Source of the DNA: Octopus bimaculoides
Lineage: Eukaryota
Reading direction: 5' to 3'
DNA length: 48,770 nucleotides
Assembly (NCBI RefSeq): GCF_001194135.2
Contig: NC_068996.1
Location: forward strand, 15,499,203 to 15,547,972
Position numbers and translations under genes: made by a program. Shown piece by piece: positions 1 through 11,960 of this stretch; the first letter of the stretch is position 1, and each line of letters starts with the position of its first letter. A model generated the notes under the pieces. The model was not told the origin of the DNA and did not search any database. It worked only from the letters and a program-made list of their open reading frames with translations.

Positions 1-27
1 GAGCCCTGTGTGGCTAATAAAAGAAAT

Positions 28-266
28 GTATATATCTATCTATCTATCTACTCGTCTGTCTGTCTGTCTATTTACCTATGTATGCATGCATGTATGTATG
101 TATGCATGTATGTATGTATGTATCTATCTATCTATCTATCTATCTGTCTGTCTGTCTGTCTGTCTGTCGATCTCTGTCTATCTATCTTTCTATCTATCTA
201 TTTGTCTGTGTGTCTGTCTATCTATCTGTTTATGTATGCATGTATGTATGTATGTATGTATGTATG

Positions 267-305
<39 letters not shown>

Positions 306-306
306 T
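28..306. repeat. Compound tetranucleotide microsatellite (ATCT/GTCT/ATGT)
   Basis: Runs of tatc, tgtc and tatg seen directly; source of the spurious ORFs 8-454. Confidence 0.95.
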
Positions 307-960
307 TGTCTTTCTACTGCTTCTAAGAAGGATTACCTTCAAAACATCTTTTGATAGGGACATATCTTTCTGGTTTCCTTCAAAAGCACGAAACACAATT
401 ACTATACAAATATTGCATATACATGAATCATCAACAAAAGTAACCTTCAATTAACTTTTCAAACGCTCGTTACCAATGCATAATTTATTAACTTTTGTCG
501 ATTTCGCATGGTGATTTCACGTATGACATAACCAAAATTGTATCACGAAGTTTCGGATTACCCATTTTGAGCCTCAAATTAATTCAGTTTTGCTTAGACT
601 TTGTAACTTTAGAATGATTCTCCTTTCCGATGCAAGGATTGATTTACCCCTGACTGCAATATCCAGTAAAGGCTTGGTAATATTCCAGATACCAAATGTC
701 TAAATTTTGCTTAGAACTGCTGCTCGGTCAAAGAGAAAAGCTGCAGGGAAGACACGTCTCATGAAGAACGATTACATGTAGTGGCAGTCGTTATCCTGAA
801 ATACTTGCAGATATGTCAACCAGTGCAGGGACTTACATATGATCGGCAACGGTATCCTGACCACCCCATATGGAGTAGGAGTAGGTGTTGGTAGAAAAGG
901 GACCTTCTCGCCAAATGAACTTGCCATTTCAACAAGAAACACAATACCTTGAGTCCGAAT

Positions 961-1300
961 TGTTGTTGTTTGCATTCCTCCTGCTCGTGAAATTAACGTG
1001 CAAGTGGCTGAGCACTCCATAGACACGTGTACCCTTAACGTAGTCCTCGGGGATATTCAGCGTGACACAGTGTGACAAGGCTGACCCTTTGAATTACAGG
1101 CACAACAGAAACAGGAAGAAATAGTGAGAGAAAGTTGTGGTGGAAGAGTACAGCAGGGTTCGCCACCATCCCCTGCCGCAGCCTCGTGGGGCTTTAGGTG
1201 TTTTCGCTCAATAAACACTCGCAACGCCCGGTCTGGGAATCGAAACCGCAATCCTACGACCGCGAGTCCGCTGCCCTAACCACTGGGCCATTGCGCCTCC
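961..1300 (-). mobile_element. tRNA-derived SINE, family S1 ((AAC)n tail), with 15-bp TSD
   Basis: Minus strand starts ggaggcgcaatggcccagtggttagggcagcgg (A box) ... ggtttcgattccc (B box). TSD accttgagtccgaat at 946-960 and 1301-1315. Homologous to 27519-27865 and 40763-41162. Confidence 0.9.
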
Positions 1301-2497
1301 ACCTTGAGTCCGAATAGGGTCAAATATTTGCTGGGGCAATTAACGATGGTCAGCAGAGTAGTACGTTATCAATACAACGTAGGCATTGACTGTTTCCAGT
1401 CCAATCAACTTCCACAAAATCTTTACACATTGGAAACTGAAACAAAGATATTCCTTGGTCATAGCTGACCATAGATTTCCGCAACTGGTAAATTACGCAC
1501 CTGTCTTGAGCAAGATTTATTTTGTATAAAATTTGCAGTTTCCTAAACATACAATTGCTTTCTTTCTGCATTATTGATGTTTTTCTTCTAAAGGAAAGGC
1601 AAAGCTAATATATCTTAGCATCATTTGGTTGCATCAGTGAATGAAGTAGGAATTGTCGGGGGTCATCAACAACAGCTACAGGATCAGCAACAACAGATGC
1701 TAGGATGTTAGTTCTCGCTAAGAAGAAAAGATTAGAGCTGTGTCTTTTAATTTCGACAAAGGAGTGGTGATATAGTAAAATAGATTAAGGAACGTTGTAG
1801 TAAATACATTAGAAGTAGTGCATAGAAGAAGCATCTTAGATGAATTGTTAGAGACTAGAACGACTCTCAATCATTGCTTGGTTGTGGAGAATGGATGATA
1901 CCATTGGCTGGGTCTAGGACACATCCGCTGAAATACGAGAGACTCCGGTGGTCACGGCTACAAAAATCCGAAAAACGAAGGACGGTAGACGCATCACACC
2001 GTATTCTAAGCAAATATATCTGGTTATTCCGCAGCACATTGCCGAACCGTTCACGACTGGAAAAAAATAGAATACAGTCGACATCGATGCATACCTCGAA
2101 GACTTCCATACAAAACAGATAGGCAGAATTCTCTGAGAAGTTGATTTCAGCAAAAGAAATGGCGAACGCATTCAGTTGATTGTTGGATGGACACTACTTT
2201 ATTATTGATTAGTAGCTGTTGTTTAAAACTAGTAGTCGACTGCAACATTTCCAATTGCGTGAGCCGGAAAATGCTGACNNNNNNNNNNGTGTGTGTGTGT
2301 GTGTGTTCGTGTGCTCATGTGTGTGCGTGTGCTTGTGTTATATAGGTTGGTAGGATAAAATCCCAGCTGTTTCGTCTTGGAGAACATCTGCTCGTTCCAT
2401 TATCACAATCTAATACGTAGTTTACTTTATTGCTGTGTATGTGCAAAGTACATATTAACGTTGAAAATTCAGAAAATATTATTTGAAGAGTTATTGT

Positions 2498-2773
2498 ATA
2501 ATAAAACACGAAATTGGAAAATTTATTGACATTATTTATTCATCATTACGCATGTTTCATTTGCTAGTAGGAATTACAGAGGTTTGAGTTTTACATGTTA
2601 AATAGACATGTAAGGAATTTCCTATTATTGTCTGAAGTATTTCTAATTGAAATTTCCTTACATGTTTATTTAATATATACAACTCAAAACTCTGTAATTC
2701 CTATTAGCAGATGAAACATGTGTAATGGTGAATAAATAATGCCAATAAATTTCCAAATTTCGTGTTTTATTAT
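2498..2773. repeat. Foldback / MITE-like long inverted repeat
   Basis: Arms about 2498-2621 and 2649-2773 are reverse complements (ataataaaacacgaaattggaaa.../...tttccaaatttcgtgttttattat) with a loop of about 27 bp. Confidence 0.85.
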
Positions 2774-2814
2774 GAATTTATATGCATGCGCGCATATAGG
2801 TGTATGCCTATGTA

Positions 2815-2918
2815 CGTGTGTGTGCGTACTCATATATGTATATGCGTATATACATATGTATATATATATATATGTATTATGTATATGCATACACACACGC
2901 GCGCGCGCACACACACAC

Positions 2919-2959
<41 letters not shown>

Positions 2960-2960
2960 A

Positions 2961-3029
<69 letters not shown>

Positions 3030-3045
3030 TGTATGTATGTATGCA
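2815..3045. repeat. Compound (AT)/(AC)/(ATGT) microsatellite
   Basis: Seen directly. Confidence 0.95.
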
Positions 3046-3579
3046 TATATGAACATATTGATGTTTGTTTTTGTTTAGTTATAATAACAATTTTACGTTA
3101 ATCTGTANNNNNNNNNNNNNNNNNNNNNNNNNNNNNNNNNNNNNNNNNNNNNNNNNNNNNNNNNNNNNNNNNNNNNNNNNNNNNNNNNNNNNNNNNNNNN
3201 NNNNNNNNNNNNNNNNNNNNNNNNNNNNNNNNNNNNNNNNNNNNNNNNNNNNNNNNNNNNNNNNNNNNNNNNNNNNNNNNNNNNNNNNNNNNNNNNNNNN
3301 NNNNNNNNNNNNNNNNNNNNNNNNNNNNNNNNNNNNNNNNNNNNNNNNNNNNNNNNNNNNNNNNNNNNNNNNNNNNNNNNNNNNNNNNNNNNNNNNNNNN
3401 NNNNNNNNNNNNNNNNNNNNNNNNNNNNNNNNNNNNNNNNNNNNNNNNNNNNNNNNNNNNNNNNNNNNNNNNNNNNNNNNNNNNNNNATATATACTAAAG
3501 CTTGTATCGTGTTTTTCATCGTAAAATGTTTATTCAGTGTGTAATATATACCTATATATGTTAAACGGCCAGAACACTA

Positions 3580-3830
3580 TCACACACACACACACAACAC
3601 ACACACACACACAACACACACACACAAACACACACACACAGAATCACGCACGCATACACGCACTTGTGTGTGTATATACGTATGTATGTATGTATGCATG
3701 CATGTATCTATACGTGTATGCATGCATGTTTATGCATGTATGTATGCATGCACGTATCTATACATGCGTATGCATGCATGTATGTATGTATTTATGTATG
3801 TATGTATGTATTTAGTTATGTATGTATGTA
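3580..3830. repeat. Compound (AC)/(ATGT/ATGC) microsatellite
   Basis: Seen directly. Confidence 0.9.
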
Positions 3831-4299
3831 TTGGCACATATTGACACACGTATATACACACACACAAATAAATATATCTATAGGCAGTCTGCTCTGTATT
3901 CTCCATTACCATTGACCTTGTTTGAGTCATACAATTATTGCCTTGACTATGGGTAGATATTCTATGCAATATCATCATTTGCCCAGATATACAAGGGGCT
4001 GTCAGTCACACAGAACGCCAGAGAACGCCTCGTCAACAACGCTAACTCTATCTTATATTTCAATAGAGAAATTCTCTCAATGTCTGTGGCAACCACCCTC
4101 TCTTACCCTTTCACCATTTCACCCCATCCCTCTCTTTCTCTCTCTTTTCTTTCTCTTTCTTGTTGTCTTTTCTTTTTCGTTCTTGTTTCGTTTTTTTCCT
4201 TCTTTCTTCCTGCCACTAGTCTCTCCACCCCCCATTTTTTTCTGACACTCTCATTATGTATTCAAAAATACATGCACGTACACAAACACATAAACAGAC

Positions 4300-4575
4300 A
4301 CGCACCCACATACATACACACATACGCACATACATACATACACATACATACATGCATACATATACATACATACATACATACACATATATATATATATATA
4401 AATACATTCATGCATGCTTACATACATATATATACATACATATATACATAGTACTATGTATGTATGTATGTTTGCATGTAAATATATATATACATACATA
4501 CATACATATTTATGTGTGTCTATATATAATATATATGCTCATATATATTCAACCTCATATATGTATGTGTACACT

Positions 4576-4619
<44 letters not shown>
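4300..4619. repeat. Compound (ACAT)/(AT)/(AC) microsatellite region
   Basis: Seen directly; ends at a gap. Confidence 0.9.
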
Positions 4620-4934
4620 NNNNNNNNNNNNNNNNNNNNNNNNNNNNNNNNNNNNNNNNNNNNNNNNNNNNNNNNNNNNNNNNNNNNNNNNNNNNNNNNN
4701 NNGATATATATTGTTAGCCGTGACGATACACTCTGCTTGAATTCCAGGCAGGAGCCACGCCCTTACACCGCTGGCACTACCAGTACCAATACTGCCTCCA
4801 CTCCACCACTTCACCGACTCACCTCCCGCTAACGCCAATAACACCATCCATTTCCATTTACATACATTCACACAACTGCCAAATCCATCATTCACTTTCC
4901 AGGAGAATACTCGAAAGTTATGCCAGCATAAATA

Positions 4935-4949
4935 GTAACAACAGCAACG

Positions 4950-4998
<49 letters not shown>

Positions 4999-5039
4999 CT
5001 ACAGCAGCAGCAGCAGCAGCAGCAGCAGTAATAATAATA
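4935..5039. repeat. Trinucleotide array (AAC)n-(AGC)n-(AAT)n
   Basis: Seen directly; runs into a gap. Confidence 0.9.
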
Positions 5040-5631
5040 NNNNNNNNNNNNNNNNNNNNNNNNNNNNNNNNNNNNNNNNNNNNNNNNNNNNNNNNNNNNN
5101 NNNNNNNNNNNNNNNNNNNNNNNNNNNNNNNNNNNNNNNNNNNNNNNNNNNNNNNNNNNNNNNNNNNNNNNNNNNNNNNNNNNNNNNNNNNNNNNNNNNN
5201 NNNNNNNNNNNNNNNNNNNNNNNNNNNNNNNNNNNNNNNNNNNNNNNNNNNNNNNNNNNNNNNNNNNNNNNNNNNNNNNNNNNNNNNNNNNNNNNNNNNN
5301 NNNNNNNNNNNNNNNNNNNNNNNNNNNNNNNNNNNNNNNNNNNNNNNNNNNNNNNNNNNNNNNNNNNNNNNNNNNNNNNNNNNNNNNNNNNNNNNNNNNN
5401 NNNNNNNNNNNNNNNNNNNNNNNNNNNNNNNNNNNNNNNNNNNNNNNNNNNNNNNNNNNNNNNNNNNNNNNNNNNNNNNNNNNNNNNNNNNNNNNNNNNN
5501 NNNNNNNNNNNNNNNNNNNNNNNNNNNNNNNNNNNNNNNNNNNNNNNNNNNNNNNNNNNNNNNNNNNNNNNNNNNNNNNNNNNNNNNNNNNNNNNNNNNN
5601 NNNNNNNNNNNNNNNNNNNNNNNNNNNNNNN

Positions 5632-5745
5632 TAACGCCTACATGAATTTCTAACTTGTTGTCTCTTGAGGTCTCTGGGTGAGACTTGGATTCAACTTGTA
5701 CAAATGCAAAACAAAAGTCAAACATAAAATAATAATAATAATAAT
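5632..5745 (+). mobile_element. 3' UTR end of R4/Dong-like non-LTR retrotransposon (copy A) with (AAT)n tail
   Basis: Near-identical to 6245-6355 (cttgttgtctcttgaggtctctgggtgagacttgga...aaagtcaaacataaaataataat), the 3' end of the RLE-coding copy B. Confidence 0.8.
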
Positions 5746-6358
5746 ATATTCACAGGGTAATTTGCAATAACTTGGACCTGCCTATGATAAAAACTGGTGG
5801 GGACACAAACCACCTCCAGTGCTTGAAAATGATCACATCTCACTCCTCTGGAACTTCACCATTCAAACTGACAGAAAGATAGATACAAATAGGCCAGACA
5901 TTATATTGAAAGACTTCAGACAAAGATCATGCCTCCTCATTGATATAACTGTCTCATTCGACATAAATGTATCTGTCAAAGCCTACCAAAAACTGACCAA
6001 GTATAAAGATCTTAAAATAGAAACTGGTAAAATGTGGAACCTGAAGACTAAAACTATACCTGTTGTCATAGGTGCCCTAGGAATAATAGCAAAAGGGGCT
6101 GATTCCTACTTAGCTCAGATATCAGGAAAAATACTGTCTGTGTAATCTCAAAATTTAAAACAAACTCATAATATTCTCATGTTTTCTTAAACATTCACTA
6201 GAACAATACTATGTGCAAAATTGAATATATGGCACCCTAGGCATAACACCAACAGAAACTTGTTGTCTCTTGAGGTCTCTGGATGAGACTTGGAGCCAAC
6301 TTGTACAAATACAAAGCAAAAGTCAAACATAAAATAATAATAATAATAATAATAATAA
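5745..6358 (+). mobile_element. 5'-truncated R4/Dong-like non-LTR retrotransposon (copy B), restriction-like endonuclease remnant
   Basis: Translation YIHRVICNNLDL-(frameshift)-YDKNWWGHKPPPVLENDHISLLWNFTIQTDRKIDTNRPDIILKD...LLIDITV...KLTKYKDLK...IPVVIGALG shows the RPD..D/E..K..KY PD-(D/E)XK RLE signature of R4/NeSL-group elements. It is followed by a 3' UTR and an (AAT)n tail. Confidence 0.85.
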
Positions 6359-6457
6359 CAACAACAACAACAACAACAACAACAATAATAATAATAATAG
6401 TAATAAAAATAATAATAATAATGATGATGATGATGATGATCATGATCATGACGACGA

Positions 6458-6496
<39 letters not shown>

Positions 6497-6510
6497 TGAT
6501 GATGATGATG
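6331..6510. repeat. Compound trinucleotide array AAT/AAC/AAT/GAT/GAC/GAT
   Basis: Seen directly. Confidence 0.95.
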
Positions 6511-6511
6511 G

Positions 6512-6642
6512 TTTCAGTTTTTGGCAGAAGGCCAATTAGTTCGATGTAGGGAGTAAGTCTATTACACCAACCCTTGTACTCAACTCATACTTATTTTGTC
6601 GATCCAGAGAGGATGAAGGGCAAAGTCGATCTTTAAATTCCG
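6512..6642 (-). mobile_element. SINE family S4, 3' portion
   Basis: Reverse complement matches gactttgcctttcatcc...gtcgataaa..aagtaccagtt...ggccttgtgcc of 24580-24795. Confidence 0.7.
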
Positions 6643-9073
6643 TTGAGGTCGTCTTTGCCTAATATGAATTTGTTATTTTGGAAACTCTTGGTATTCGTCC
6701 AGCTGATCCATTAAGCTCTTGAAAGTTCATACAAAGTGGGTTGGCGACACTTTGTAAGAGTTACCCAGCTTCCTACTTTGACTTTTGTTTACGATCAACC
6801 CCTTGTTCTTGTTCTTTGTTTTCTTGCCCTCTTCAGCTATTTTTTTTCTTTTATATATATGTTTTTTTCTGCAATCACTATCTTCGCCCCTTCGCCACAA
6901 GACAATCGAGTGGAACTACTTGCAGTCACCATAATTGATCCATCACTGCAAGACTACAAAGTGAAACTGCTGTTCGTAATCTCTGTTGGATCTGGTGCAA
7001 AGTAGGAAGCAATACTTCGGTTTTTCGGTTCCTTCTCTCATCAGCTACAGAAATTGGTGACACTATGGGTGAGACAATTCTTAGTCTTGCTCTCCTCTGG
7101 CCATCCACGGATATGTAACCGGACGTTCCACATAGAAAAACAATAGCCGTAAGTTGTAGCAGTAGCAGAAGTAGTAGCAACAAGAAACGCTGCATGAACA
7201 GCGGTAGTAACAGTAACAGCACTGTTTTCATTCCATCGCCCTACTGTTGTTTTTTTTTTTGCAATTACCGCAATTCGCCATTTTGCTTTTTCTTTCGACA
7301 AAAAGTACTCTAGTAGTGTTTATTATCTCACATTTAACAACTGGGTATTCTTCTTTGCACCCTTATTACGATTGAAACCTCTCTGTTTCTTAAATTGGGT
7401 CAACTCTGAAATAGCCTTATGATCAACGGCAACTGGAACATTTCGTAACCTGAAAAAAGTCTATTCAGATAGATCCGATCAACATGTTGCCAGTCACCTC
7501 TGCACTCACAGCAAGGAAACACAATTGTGGAAAGTACAGACATTCTGAAGACGATCAACCACATTAGTATATATGGTCGTGTTTGTCTGAAACGTGTATT
7601 AGGACACATGTACTTTTGTATCACTGAGATACATGTACTGTATAGTTCGAGATGTACAGCATATGTGAAGGAGTGTGGCGTAACTTTTCTTCTTCTTCTC
7701 CCTTCACCTCCATTTCTGTTTTAAAAACTAGACACACTTCTATATGCCCTGTTTCAGTCGAAGAATCATACGTTTTGCCTAAAAGAGGTCGGTCATCATT
7801 CTTTCCAACTATTCTTTCAGGGATGTATGGGAAACAGCTCTATTGTTTTAAAAACAGACCTATGTCACCTTTCCCTTTCTTTTCTTTCATAAGTTCTACA
7901 AGCAATGAGGCTTTTGACATTCCCTCGTGTCTTTACGATGTTAAGTTAGCTTAAATCTCTCCTTTTTATCAACAACGCTTATAAATAATGGAATGTTGTC
8001 GTTGTTGATGTTATTGGTGGTGGTGCTGGCGGTGGTAGTGATAGTGGTACTCGTTTTACTGTTTTTCCTTCTCAAATCAATGTTTCGAAACTTATTCTTT
8101 TTTAATTATTATTCTTTAAAATTTATTTTAATACTGTAAATGCAAATGTCTAAATCTCTTTAGCTACTACAATATCTTTAAACCAGTTATTTAGATTTGG
8201 AAAGAATTTTGTGATTATGGCACGTTTGTTTATGCTATTGAGACTCATTCATACAACCCTTCATTCTACCCCAATAATCAGCGTTCATGCGTCATTAACG
8301 TGCAACGTAGATCTTTTCCTGCATTTAATGGCGTCTACTCTTCAACAACAACAATTATAAAAAAGAACAAAATCACTGCACATAGCTAGAAATTATTCTT
8401 GCACTTCACATTTGTTACACATAAGCACTACGCAACTAGATCCTATAAGTTCACCTCTAAAGTTAAACGTAGTTATCACAGATCTCTCCAGGAGAAGGTA
8501 CATTCTCACAGTAACTTCTGCGTCCCAAAACCTAGCTTTTCTCTTGTGAACCGCCGGAAAATAATTTCTGAATAACTTCTGATCAAAGCCCGGATGTGGC
8601 CCGCCTTAGTGTTCTGTTCACATGCTTAAGACGGTGCATCTATTACACACAGGCACTTCCAGGGTATCGAGAAAAAGATCGATAAACCGATTAGCATGAA
8701 GGAAATCATTCGCAAAATCAGTTTAAACCGCTAACCCACAAATGAGCTGCTTTCTTAACCTCTGTTTCTTTATCTACAGCAACTATAATTGTCTCTGCTG
8801 CTTTGGAATAGTTCGCTCTGGTTCCACCCTTACTTAGGTACCCTCATTTCATTCATCATCTTCCATATTATGTCCATCGCCAGCCATATTCCGCATGAAT
8901 CAATACAGCCGGCATTTTCTTTCAAGAATCCTCGCCCTCTTTCCTTGCATATATCTTCTCTGCAGTTACCGACTTCCAACACTTTATGTAGAACCTAAGC
9001 GGCATCAGTCTCACCGATACTGCTAGCTATGAGCACCGCCCCATCCTATCAGAACAGTTTAATAGCTATAATT

Positions 9074-9301
9074 GTAGTTCTTTATCAAAGAGATGAGGAA
9101 TTATGTATATTATTTATATTATTTACATTATTTACATTTGACGGATATTTGTCCTCATCTTGTTTGTTGTTAACATAACGTTTCGGCTGATACACTCTCC
9201 AGCCTTCATCAGGTGTCTTGGGGTATATCAGCCGAAACGTTGTGTTAACAACAAACAATATGAGGACAAATATCTGTCAAATGTAAATAATGGAAATAAT
9301 G
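9074..9301 (-). mobile_element. Penelope-like element terminal (pLTR) fragment with inverted partial copy, family A; 11-bp TSD
   Basis: Inverted arms 9117-9192 / 9226-9301. TSD tagctataatt at 9063-9073 and 9302-9312. Contains a hammerhead core on the minus strand. Confidence 0.75.
9172..9217 (-). ncRNA. Minimal type I hammerhead ribozyme motif, family A
   Basis: Minus strand GACAC-CUGAUGA-A-GGCUG(gagaguguau)CAGCC-GAAA-CG-UU-AUGUU. Canonical CUGAUGA and GAAA core, 5-bp stem II, loopless palindromic stem III (ACGU). Stem I is GACAC/AUGUU here, and GUGUU in the inverted arm at 9242-9246. Confidence 0.65.
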
Positions 9302-11281
9302 TAGCTATAATTTACATTTAAAAAAAATAAACACCTCTTTCTCCTCCTTCTCTTCCTCCTCCTTCTCTTCCTCCTCCTCCTTCTCTTNNNNNNNNNNNNN
9401 NNNNNNNNNNNNNNNNNNNNNNNNNNNNNNNNNNNNNNNNNNNNNNNNNNNNNNNNNNNNNNNNNNNNNNNNNNNNNNNNNNNNNNNNNNNNNNNNNNNN
9501 NNNNNNNNNNNNNNNNNNNNNNNNNNNNNNNNNNNNNNNNNNCCTCATCCTCCTCCTCCTCCTCCTCCGCCCTGTTAATTGTGATTGCTTTTCACACGGT
9601 CATATGTAAATCCCCACTGTTCTTTTTGTCTGTATTGTAATAAATATTTCTGCCACTCTTGTGGCTGATAAATAAAGAATTATCATTATTGTTGTTATCT
9701 CTTGACGAATTTAACTTTGCAAACATGGAGAATAATCAAATAATCTCGATATATTCAAACGTCGTTCATTTTACTCAAAAGACTTTGGCATCTATACCGG
9801 CTGAAGCAATAATATGATTACTGCTATCAACGCTGTAATATTCATTTATCTCCCTTGTTTATCTTTGGCGATCCAGATGTTGGAGCTAATCTAGTTGAAA
9901 TTTATTTATTTATGTATTTATTTATTTGATTCCTAAGTCATTAACGTTAAATTTCTTTCTTTCAAATTGCATATATTTATTTTTTTTCTTTCTTTTTTAC
10001 TTCTTTTTCCTCCCTCTTTGTGCCCTCTTTCATTTCACTAAGAAATTCAAACCGCGTTTGCTACACCAATTGAATAGTTACAGTAAATTAAATTACAAAA
10101 TAGAAAAACAACAAGAAAATCCTTTGGTATATGCGTGAATGGCGTCCAGTGGAGATTAAGAGACCCAGCACCAGTGTCAAATGACACATTAGAACGATTG
10201 TGACAACTGCGTTTTCTACTTCACCTATAGACCCAATGAAAAACGAGAAGAAAACGGAGCGCAATGAAATAAAATAAACAATTGACATATCCAGTTTCAC
10301 AACAGCATAGTGCAAATACTGGCCAGAAATTCACATTGCAAATGATAACAGAGTAGCGAAACAAATGATAATAGAGTAGAGAAACAAACAGAACGGTAAA
10401 ATCCACGGGATCTATGCTTAAGAACCCCAAAGTAACTGTTTTAAAAATTTTCCATTCACGGGACATTTTGTGAGGGATTTTTTCCTGAATTGCCCGAGAC
10501 CAACTACCTTGCTATCAGGAATTTTATTTTATTTATTCATTAACTTTTATGAATTCTATTTTTGTATCTTTATTTTTTATCCTCATTGATCGATTTAAAT
10601 TTCACCTTTTTTGTGTGTTGTATTTCATATTTTGATGTAGTCTTTAATGCCTTGGACCCTTGTGGCCAATGAAAGAAATCCTCCTTCTCCTCCTCCTTCT
10701 CATCATCATCATCGTCGTCGTTGTTGCTGTTTACTTTTAATCTGCATGTTTGTTACACTTGCCGAGACACACCCAACGTCCTAGGGCAAGTGAAGCATAT
10801 GAGATATTACAGTGTAACTGAAAGCTTGGGGTGGGGAAGTAGCAGGAGCAAAGCGAAATATCTCCATGTAATCCAACAAAGACATTTAGATTGATAGGGT
10901 TTATCTAAGGATGTGGGCAATACTTGTCAGTACAATCCTTTGGATTTCTCTGAGACATGGTTCTCCTGGGATATTATCTAGATGTTTCTGACATCCATTT
11001 TTATCACACCTAGAGCATTTTACAATAACAGGAACAGTTCTCGCTTTAAGATGCCACGTCTTTTGTATTTCAATTTCCAAGTCCTTATATTTACTTAATT
11101 TGTCAAATTCCTTTACAGATATATTTTTATCAGTGGGAACACTTACATCTATTAGTCTACAAGTATTTTCTTCCCTGTCTTTAATAATTATGTCTGATCA
11201 ATTAGCCTGGATCGTTTCGTCGGTGCTGACTGGAAAATACCAAAGGATTGTGACATTTTTACCGTCAACTCAGTTTTGGCA

Positions 11282-11372
11282 TTTGAGTGGACACAACACG
11301 CCGCCAGGAATGGAAATCACAACTTACGATTGTGAGCCGAATACCCTTAGCCACTAAACCACGTGCTTTCAC
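11282..11372 (-). mobile_element. SINE family S3, 5' fragment
   Basis: Reverse complement gtgaaagcacgtggtttagtggctaagggtattcggctcacaatcgtaag... matches the tRNA-like heads at 20698 and 26839. Confidence 0.65.
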
Positions 11373-11960
11373 TAAAGAATAAAACAATTCTAATGAGTAA
11401 AAACAATAGCAACGCGCAAGTCATAGGATAATTGAAAATATATTAGCATTAATAGAATCAGAATTGGAAGCTACTTGATTCTGAAAATTATCCGCAAAAT
11501 GTTAATAAAAGAGAATATGGAATTAAAAAAACAAAATCAAAATGAATGATTTGAATGGAGCACGACGCGGAAGTTTGATCTATTCATAGGTATCGATATA
11601 TTCTTAGCTATTAGTCTATTCTTAGACAACATCCGCAGTGCATTGACCAGAATAGCTTATGTAATGCCGGCAGACACCTTCTTATTTCTTGTTCTCCAAA
11701 TATATTTGTTTCAGCTGCTGTGACGTTCTTCATCAAGCGATGTAAACAGTTTGCGTTCTGCGAACCATGGTGTTATTATTTAGCACAGTCTAGTTTTAAA
11801 TGAGCAGGCTTATGATTAAAGATTTTCTACCCATGACGATCTCAGCATTTTATTTTTTTATTTACACCGGAGATAACATTACCTCGTGCAACATCCTACC
11901 TTTGTACTTTCTTGCTTTCAGATTTTTAATTTTTTTTTTTATATGCACTGATCGAATTAA

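Noticed and set aside
4748-5039. Plus-strand open frame running into poly-N/S
   Set aside because: Openness is explained by C-rich low-complexity sequence and trinucleotide repeats.
8790-8990. Possible LINE reverse-transcriptase fragment (minus strand RGRGF...GCIDS...IIWKMMNEMRVPK)
   Set aside because: Resemblance too short and gapped to support without a profile search.
10088-10466. Hydrophobic minus-strand ORFs suggesting a membrane protein
   Set aside because: They are short overlapping frames from T-rich sequence with no continuous frame or splice logic.
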